DNA of 32,000 nt from Acaryochloris marina S15 (GTDB lineage: Bacteria > Cyanobacteriota > Cyanobacteriia > Thermosynechococcales > Thermosynechococcaceae). Both the position numbers and the translations under genes were made by a program. Below the pieces are notes generated by a model. It saw nothing but the letters and a program-made list of their open reading frames with translations. It was not told the origin of the DNA and did no database searches. The DNA lies in contig NZ_CP064923.1 in the NCBI RefSeq assembly GCF_018336915.1, forward strand, positions 2,040,001-2,072,000, written 5' to 3'. This document shows positions 25,378 to 32,000 of the stretch, in pieces (the stretch's first letter is position 1; every line of letters begins with the position of its first letter).

Positions 25378-25808
25378 ATACCTGAGTTTTCTTTCGCTTG
25401 AAATACGTAAGACAACTGTTTTTCTATTACAGTGATATTTAGCAAAAATGAACGTGATTTATATCACAGATTTTTTGTCAATATTCTTAAGCCATCTCAT
25501 AAATATAAGCCTGACTTCAAAAAAACTGAGACTATATTCATTCTTAGAAGTTAAACGATTATCCCATTTGGAATCTTCAGCTCAAGATCCATATGATTTC
25601 GCTTATTCTGGCCATGATCCGAAAAAAATAGGATAGTGTATTTCTTAGGGTCAATAGGCTTGAAATTAGCCCTGTACAACTCCACTAACACTTGTAGTTT
25701 GCAGAGCATGAAAGAGCAAATCAATATGATCAACAAATGCCAAGCGATGGCCATGTCTGTAGATTATGGGCAACATTTTTGTTGGGGTTCTGACTCTATA
25801 CAACCCAT

Positions 25809-26138
25809 TCAGTTTGAGTCACTGGCTGTTGGATGATCAGGCGTTTCAGGCGGCGGAACTTTTTGAAGATAAGGCTCCATGGGTACCACAGTTGTCATTT
25901 TGTTGAGAATAGCTTCAATCTCGCTCAGGTATTCACATTGAAACCGATCCTGGGTGGATAAGACCCGCCGTAGAGCATCTATCACAATTTTCTCACAGGC
26001 TTCTGCCGATAGCCCCATTTCACTCTGATGCCCAACTATAAAGTGATGCAAGAAATAGGCGTATCCTCCCGTCATTAAACCCTGTAACAGTGTATTTTCT
26101 TGCCTTAGAGCTTCTAGTTCTTGTTCAAGATTTTCCAT
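25809..26138 (-). CDS. Hypothetical protein (N-terminal coiled coil)
   Basis: 109-aa ORF beginning MENLEQELEALRQENTLLQ. No recognised domain. Confidence 0.5.
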   Translation of the reverse strand: MENLEQELEALRQENTLLQGLMTGGYAYFLHHFIVGHQSEMGLSAEACEKIVIDALRRVLSTQDRFQCEYLSEIEAILNKMTTVVPMEPYLQKVPPPETPDHPTASDSN

Positions 26139-26311
26139 AGTAGTTCGATGAAGGAAGGAGACAATTTACATAATGGTTCAATTCAAATTCTTTCATGAAA
26201 GCTGCTCTGGATGACAATACCAGTACTTCGGTCGTGCTGGTGCTTGAGGATAGTTAGATCAAATTTGTGTAGCTTGGGTCAGTTCTGATTACGATAGATA
26301 AGGCATGACAG

Positions 26312-26935
26312 ATGGAACGAAAGATGATCAAACGCTGGTTTGCGATCGCATTATTGTCTCTAATCACTTGGCTAGGCCCCATAGGCATGGCGGCTGAAGC
26401 CCAAGACCTCGCCAAGGCCACCTTTGCAGGCGGATGCTTCTGGTGCATGGAGAAGCCTTTTGATGTCATCGATGGTGTCGTATCCACTACATCAGGATAT
26501 ACCGGCGGTAAAAAACTGAATCCCACCTATAAAGAAGTATCGTCAGGAAAAACTGGTCATGCCGAATCTGTGCAGGTGGAATATGACCCCAGTAAAGTCA
26601 GCTATGAAACCCTTCTGGAGGCGTTTTGGCAAAATGTTGATCCATTAGATGCCGGGGGACAATTTTGCGATCGCGGCGACCAATACCGCACCAATGTCTT
26701 CTACCATTCAGATGAGCAAAAAGCCCTAGCCGAAAAATCTAAAGCTGAATTAGATAGCTCTGGTAAATTTGCCACGCCCATCGTCACGGAGATTGTCACA
26801 GCAGCAACCTTTTATCTGGCAGAAGACTATCATCAGAACTATTATCAAACCAACTCCAACAAGTATCGCTTTTATCGGTATAGCTGTGGCCGAGATCAGC
26901 GACTCACCAAACTCTGGGGAGAAGAAGATAGCTAG
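26312..26935 (+). CDS. msrA: Peptide methionine (S)-sulfoxide reductase MsrA with a signal peptide
   Basis: 207 aa with the active-site motif GGCFWCME, plus GYTGG and HAE...V.YDP motifs. The hydrophobic N-terminal leader suggests export. Confidence 0.9.
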   Translation: MERKMIKRWFAIALLSLITWLGPIGMAAEAQDLAKATFAGGCFWCMEKPFDVIDGVVSTTSGYTGGKKLNPTYKEVSSGKTGHAESVQVEYDPSKVSYETLLEAFWQNVDPLDAGGQFCDRGDQYRTNVFYHSDEQKALAEKSKAELDSSGKFATPIVTEIVTAATFYLAEDYHQNYYQTNSNKYRFYRYSCGRDQRLTKLWGEEDS

Positions 26936-26974
26936 CACAGTAACTATAGGAGCTAGGCATCAGACCAATTAGAG

Positions 26975-28360
26975 CTAATTGGCTTCTGTACTATCCTCTT
27001 CCTCAAAGATAAACGGAGCAATCTGCTCAGGGTTGTCTTGGAGCAACGTCGCCAACAAAAAACTAGCAATGGTCCAGGTCTGATATTTTCGAGAAGATTT
27101 ACCGACCAAACGCCCATTCTTGCCGTCATAATATTCGGGCCATTCATCTTCTTCAAATCGGTAGGAGGCCGTCATCCAAGCCTGTTCCCCTAATTTTTGA
27201 CGTTTGGTTTTAATGGCAGCCGCCATCAGCATCCACAGCAACACGGGCCAGCTGCCGCCATTGTGATAGGACCAGGGGGTATTTTTAGGATCCGAACCCG
27301 TCGTAATCCGCCACTCTAACCCTTCAACCGCCGGAAAACAGATTTTCATCGGCATCCGCCCAACTAAATCGTCCCACTGTAGTTCAATCAGATCCATGAT
27401 TTGCTGGCTTTGAGTGGAATCAGCCATAGAGGTCATGATGGCCATTAAATTGCCCAAAGCAAAGAAGCGAAAATCCATCCGACTAGGACCTAGATTTCCG
27501 GCTAAATAGCCAGCCCAATCTGGCATCCACTCCGTTAGCCAGTAAGGAATGGAATCCGGATAAATATTGAATTTATTCATCACCGACTCCCCAAATTGAT
27601 CCCCTTTATAGCGATGAATTTCATTCAGTTTGTCTAGATCTAGCCAATAGTAGTTACGCACTCGAAACAGGAGCGCCTGAAGGCGATCATTAATCTTGCG
27701 AATCCAATTCTCTCCTTCTGAGGTGGGTGTCAATAATTCCCTGGCTGACCGCAGGGCCCCATAAAACAATGCTTGAATTTCTAACGGATGGCCATCTATC
27801 CCCATCCGGCGGTCAATCATACAGGCTGCATCAGGCACCAATAAAGTGGGCGACATCTCAAATTGTGAACTGAGGCAAAGCTTGAGAATTAGATGTAACC
27901 CTTCCTGAAAATCGGGCCGCTTTGCTAAAGCAGTATCTCCAGACGCTTTCACATAAGCTCGCAGTACAATAATCCACCATAAACACGAATCAATCGGTGT
28001 CACCCGACCAATCGCATGGTCGCCAAAATCAGCAGTGAGATATTGACGCCCTGCTTCCGTTTGCACTTTAAAACTGGCAGGCATCAATCCTAAAGGAACC
28101 TCAAAACCATCCACTCGCCGAACCTGCTTTTGTAAAGCTAACGTCTCTACCAAAAAATTTTGAACAATATCATGTCGCTTCTGCAGCAAAAAAACGAAGG
28201 CGGAAGGGACAAAATCCCGCACAAAGCACTGATCGTAATTGAGGGCATCCGCGTCTGAATCCTGAGCGGCAATCGTACCTACAGGGCGATCCTGATAATA
28301 GATAATGGCAGACTCATGGAGCTTTTCTGCCATTTGGATAATCGGTAGTTCAGACATCAT
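26975..28360 (-). CDS. Alkaline/neutral invertase (glycoside hydrolase family 100)
   Basis: 461 aa with [14 protein letters not shown], the LMPASFKV region, a [11 protein letters not shown]-type motif and YHNGGSWP, typical of cyanobacterial/plant GH100 invertases. Confidence 0.85.
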   Translation of the reverse strand: MMSELPIIQMAEKLHESAIIYYQDRPVGTIAAQDSDADALNYDQCFVRDFVPSAFVFLLQKRHDIVQNFLVETLALQKQVRRVDGFEVPLGLMPASFKVQTEAGRQYLTADFGDHAIGRVTPIDSCLWWIIVLRAYVKASGDTALAKRPDFQEGLHLILKLCLSSQFEMSPTLLVPDAACMIDRRMGIDGHPLEIQALFYGALRSARELLTPTSEGENWIRKINDRLQALLFRVRNYYWLDLDKLNEIHRYKGDQFGESVMNKFNIYPDSIPYWLTEWMPDWAGYLAGNLGPSRMDFRFFALGNLMAIMTSMADSTQSQQIMDLIELQWDDLVGRMPMKICFPAVEGLEWRITTGSDPKNTPWSYHNGGSWPVLLWMLMAAAIKTKRQKLGEQAWMTASYRFEEDEWPEYYDGKNGRLVGKSSRKYQTWTIASFLLATLLQDNPEQIAPFIFEEEDSTEAN

Positions 28361-28478
28361 GCCCTCTCAGACGCAGCTGGTCTAGGTGGGAACAGGGTTC
28401 CAAAACTGATGCTCCCGTTGGATAGTACTCAGGATACCCATCGAGTTGGGAGGATTACTATAGCCGCGTAAACAGCAG

Positions 28479-29705
28479 CTATAGACAGTTTTTTAGAGCT
28501 TGCTGAAGTTCCTTCGCAGTTTGAAAGCGATGATCCGGATGGGGATGGGTCACTTTTTCAATAATGGCTTTGATCTGAGTTGGAATGCTCAGGATATTCG
28601 CCAATTCAATCCGATAGCCATGACCCAGGTTTTTGTAAAATTGCAGTGGACTTTGACCTGTAATCAGGAATAAAAGAGTTGCACCAATACCGTAGAGATC
28701 CGATTGAATCGTGGGACGACCTAATCCCTGTTCTGGTGCACTATAACCCTCAACCGCAATCCGGGTTCCGGGGACAAGGCTTGCTTCTTTAACAGCTCCA
28801 AAATCAATAATAAAAACTTGGCTGTCTCGATTCCGCACCAGAATATTACCGGGCTTCAGATCTCGATGAATGATCGGTGGATTATGACAATGAATGTAGT
28901 CCAAAATGTCACAGGCCTGAATCATCCACTGCAACACCTGATGCGGTGGTAACGGGCCATGCTGATTTACCCACCGATCTAAATCTTGGCCGTGAATCAG
29001 CTCCATCACGAGATATTGTTTATCGTTCTCGGTAAAGAAATCGTATAACCGGGGAATACCAGAGTGCTGGAGAGATCTCAGCATCCGAGCTTCCCGCTTG
29101 AATAATTCCTGTGCCTTAGGAATTTTTTCCATATCGGCATTCATTTCCTTGAGCACCTGAAGCTGAGGTTTTTGACTCTTATCATCCTGGTGCCGCACCA
29201 AGAAAGTGGTTCCCATGCCTCCCATGCCAATGACCTTCATGACTTCGTAAGGACCAAGCGTCTGGAGAACCTTAAGGGATTGACCACAATGCACGCAAAA
29301 AAGGTTGCCTGGCAAATTACCCTCATGGGAGCAGGAAGAATTCTGGGAACGAGTGGTCGCCGATTGACGTTTGGCTCCAATCTGGTAGGGAAGTTGCTGC
29401 TGAAATCTCAAAATCGGCCCCGTCAATCCTAGCTGAATAATTGTGTCATCGTTGAGTTCTGCCTGGTTCGTCAGTTTTCCATTTACAAACGTTCCATTGC
29501 TGCCCAGACTATGGAGTTGCCAGGTAAAGGAGGACTCTAGCTGTTTGCTCAGACGCAGTTCAAGATGATACCGAGACACCAGTATGTCTCTGAGGACAAT
29601 GTGATTATCGGAAGAACGGCCAATATTAATCTGCTTAGACGTGGTGAACAGCCATTGTTTGATAGGAGCCTTATTGGTGGGGTCAAGAAGGGTTAATGTA
29701 ACCAC
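28479..29705 (-). CDS. FHA domain, zinc-ribbon, Ser/Thr protein kinase fusion
   Basis: 408 aa with a GTG start. The N-terminal FHA domain is IGRSSDNHIVLRDILVSRYH...NGTFVNG. A CSHEG...CVHCG ribbon follows. The Hanks kinase domain has GMGGMGTTF, VLKE, HRDLKPGNIL, DFG and APE. Confidence 0.9.
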   Translation of the reverse strand: MVTLTLLDPTNKAPIKQWLFTTSKQINIGRSSDNHIVLRDILVSRYHLELRLSKQLESSFTWQLHSLGSNGTFVNGKLTNQAELNDDTIIQLGLTGPILRFQQQLPYQIGAKRQSATTRSQNSSCSHEGNLPGNLFCVHCGQSLKVLQTLGPYEVMKVIGMGGMGTTFLVRHQDDKSQKPQLQVLKEMNADMEKIPKAQELFKREARMLRSLQHSGIPRLYDFFTENDKQYLVMELIHGQDLDRWVNQHGPLPPHQVLQWMIQACDILDYIHCHNPPIIHRDLKPGNILVRNRDSQVFIIDFGAVKEASLVPGTRIAVEGYSAPEQGLGRPTIQSDLYGIGATLLFLITGQSPLQFYKNLGHGYRIELANILSIPTQIKAIIEKVTHPHPDHRFQTAKELQQALKNCL

Positions 29706-29746
29706 ATTGCAAAATTAATCAGTCAAAGATTTTAAATAGGTTCCCG

Positions 29747-31843
29747 TTAATAGGTCTGGGAAGATCGCTGAGGTTGGACTCTCATCAGGATGGCAATGAC
29801 CGTGATGTTGTCGTGACCATTATGTTCGTTAGCCAGCATAATCAACTCATTAACCCCTTGTTGCAAGGGGATTTGAGAGTTAAGCATGGGCAATAAGTAT
29901 TGGTCACAGTGGACTTCCAATAGGTGATTATCTGTTAATCCATCCGAACAAATCAACCATAAAGTATCTTCGGCGGCAGTGAGGAGCTGGATATCGGGCT
30001 CCAAGGCCTCATTCTCTCTAGGCCCTAGAGCTTGAGTGAGTTGATAAGCATCCGGCCGGGCGTAGGCCACGGTCGGATCGGTTCCTCGTTGAATCTCTCT
30101 TTGCCCAACCTCATGATCAACCGTGATTTGTTCTAATCCTGATTGATGGGTCAGACGATATAGACGACTATCACCGACATGAGCAATTTGAATATGAGTA
30201 TCTTGAACCAAAGCCATCACTAGGGTGGTGCCCATGCGACTATTGCCAGCCTTCTCTTCATTCAACTGAAAGAGAGCATGGTTCGCAGCATAAATGGCAT
30301 CCTTCACCATTGCAGTATCGGGAAACTCAGTCTGCCAATGGGCTTGAAAATATTGAGCTAGGGTTTCTGTCGCTAAAGAACTCGCAATCTCCCCCCCAGC
30401 ATGTCCTCCCATACCATCACAGAGAATGTAGAGTCCTTGGCCAGAAACTTGGTTTTGGTGGGGGTTACAAATTTGTTGGAGCCGTTGATCAATTACAAAG
30501 TAATCTTCGTTGTGATGTCGATCTCGACCATCATCCGTTTGACCTGCCGCTGCCAAATGAACCAACTGATTGGGCAAAATCAGGGTTGGCACAGCACCCG
30601 TTCCAGCAACGGAAGATTGATGAACCTGTGTAGGAGTCGTAGGAGGCTGGGTACTAGGTAAAAGCTGACTTAATTCATTTAAGTATTCCAGAAGCTCTGT
30701 TTGAGTAACGTTCTCAGCAGATTGCAAATTGATCAACAAGGGCTGAAATTGCTCTGAGAGGGAAGCTCCCAATCCTTGCAATAAATCTAACCAGACATAC
30801 CTTAAATCGTCCCAGGTCGGGGATTGGATGGAGGTACTACCCTTTTCAGGCTTACCCGGCCAGAACTGACCGGGCTCAAATAGAAGTTGCTGAAGGCAGA
30901 GGATTTGTCCCTGATCGATCTTTAAGTTTTCTTTGTGGAGAACGCTAGGTAAGCATTGCCAGGGAGAACAAATCACTGCAAAATTCAAAGTTTGTTCTAG
31001 CCAGTACAGAATTTGAGTGGGACTCGTTTGACCTTCGGCAATGACTTCCTTTAAAGACGGCAAATCAGCGCGGTTCTCTAATAAAATGACTGCCTGTTGT
31101 TCTGACTGCCAAGCGTCATGGACATGGGGTAGCAGGAGAGGAAACTGTTGCCTCAGGGCTAGGTATGGTTCTAGAACGATCGGGAACGGCAAAGGCTGCG
31201 CTTCTAAAAAATCTTTAATCGTTTCTGGCTGACCCATGTCAGCAGGATTAATAGCTCCCTCTAACTGGTTCAACATAATAGCCAGGGGCGAGACCTGCAG
31301 CGGCTGCGTATCTAGAATAGTGAGCTCAAGGTTGCCATTTTCCGCAAGTTTCGGATCTTGAGGCACCATTGATGCTAAGAGCTGATATCGAGGGTTTTGA
31401 TCCAAAAAACTCTGGATAGCAGGAGACATGGATGGAATATCTGAGTCACCCCGCTGCGGTAACACTGCTGTTGAGGCACTAGGTGGATCGAGTTTCACAG
31501 CGTCTGATCGATCTGGCTGATCACCTACTAAACGCTCAATGGAGTCTAGCAGCTCTTCTGTAGAGGGTTCGTCATCCAGAAGGGCAACGGGTTCTCCAAC
31601 GGGAATCGTATCGATAGAAGAAAGTTCTATAAGGCTCGGGGATTGTTCGAGGCTAACGAGCGGTGTAATTAGAGTCCACCAAATGGTTCCGGTCAAATGA
31701 TCACATTGGGGACAGTGGGTAACTTCAAAATCTACTAAATGTCCACAACTTGCACAGTGTTTTTGAGTAAGGGAAGTGCCACATTGTTGACAGAAACGAT
31801 GATCGTCAATGTTGTGGTAATTACACTGGGGACATTTAATCAT
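29747..31843 (-). CDS. Double zinc-ribbon, uncharacterised middle region, PP2C-family Ser/Thr phosphatase
   Basis: 698 aa. The N-terminus has CPQC..17..CQQCG and CASCG..10..CPQC. The C-terminal PP2C motifs are RDRHHNEDY, LCDGMGGH, GTT, VGDSR, SDGL and DNIT. Confidence 0.85.
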   Translation of the reverse strand: MIKCPQCNYHNIDDHRFCQQCGTSLTQKHCASCGHLVDFEVTHCPQCDHLTGTIWWTLITPLVSLEQSPSLIELSSIDTIPVGEPVALLDDEPSTEELLDSIERLVGDQPDRSDAVKLDPPSASTAVLPQRGDSDIPSMSPAIQSFLDQNPRYQLLASMVPQDPKLAENGNLELTILDTQPLQVSPLAIMLNQLEGAINPADMGQPETIKDFLEAQPLPFPIVLEPYLALRQQFPLLLPHVHDAWQSEQQAVILLENRADLPSLKEVIAEGQTSPTQILYWLEQTLNFAVICSPWQCLPSVLHKENLKIDQGQILCLQQLLFEPGQFWPGKPEKGSTSIQSPTWDDLRYVWLDLLQGLGASLSEQFQPLLINLQSAENVTQTELLEYLNELSQLLPSTQPPTTPTQVHQSSVAGTGAVPTLILPNQLVHLAAAGQTDDGRDRHHNEDYFVIDQRLQQICNPHQNQVSGQGLYILCDGMGGHAGGEIASSLATETLAQYFQAHWQTEFPDTAMVKDAIYAANHALFQLNEEKAGNSRMGTTLVMALVQDTHIQIAHVGDSRLYRLTHQSGLEQITVDHEVGQREIQRGTDPTVAYARPDAYQLTQALGPRENEALEPDIQLLTAAEDTLWLICSDGLTDNHLLEVHCDQYLLPMLNSQIPLQQGVNELIMLANEHNGHDNITVIAILMRVQPQRSSQTY

Positions 31844-32000
31844 CCGAAAAAAATCAGTTTGCCTAGGGTGGCGGACAGTAACTATGGCAATGGTAACTAG
31901 TAATGAGAAGCTTGCACTCCGCTAAATTACGGAAGTTATCGTTACATTTGCTGTGACAAAATATAGCTCGTTATTAGGTGATCCCACTATACAACTCACA

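Noticed and set aside
26962-26982. CCAATTA-GAGC-TAATTGG hairpin between msrA and the invertase gene as a terminator
   Set aside because: It has only 7 AT-rich base pairs, no U-tract on either strand, and overlaps the invertase stop codon.
1-32000. CRISPR arrays, transposases, integrases, rRNA, toxin-antitoxin pairs or known defence operons
   Set aside because: No regularly spaced repeat array, DDE/tyrosine-recombinase motifs or rRNA-like sequence was seen on either strand. HIP1 copies are dispersed single palindromes, not arrays. HIP1 is absent from the AT-rich patches, but at about one copy per 2.7 kb, and with none in the cruA region either, that absence is not statistically meaningful.

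Overview
This is a cyanobacterial chromosomal window. Taxon evidence: at least 12 HIP1 GCGATCGC palindromes, PAM68, a CruA-type cyclase, DUF4079, a GH100 invertase and a tRNA-Tyr/tRNA-Thr pair. Most of it is ordinary housekeeping: HDAC-family amidohydrolase, DAHP synthase, rpsO, larE, a LivH-type permease, a HAD hydrolase, DoxX, rplI-dnaB, msrA, and an FHA-Ser/Thr kinase with a PP2C phosphatase. Two AT-rich, gene-poor patches stand out. (1) At 23.2-25.8 kb, directly downstream of the tRNA pair, a 243-aa protein of unknown function is followed by two tandem circularly permuted tRNA-like modules. Their order is T-arm, closed acceptor hairpin, D-arm, which is the Y-RNA/YrlA architecture. An intrinsic terminator follows, and no Ro60/TROVE gene is in the window. 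This is my best candidate for an undescribed RNA-protein system. (2) At 2.5-7.4 kb, a minus-strand cobalamin riboswitch (about 5960-5847) sits upstream of a long structured AT-rich leader. Downstream lie a 461-aa diiron-carboxylate (E..ExxH x2) enzyme of unknown function and, co-directionally, a B12-associated DUF1636 gene. Other observations are a 321-bp in-gene tandem duplication in a lipoprotein and a gene-decay patch (DUF457 and GST pseudogenes) flanking an intact macro-domain gene. All functional calls rest on motif recognition by eye. No database search or folding computation was run.
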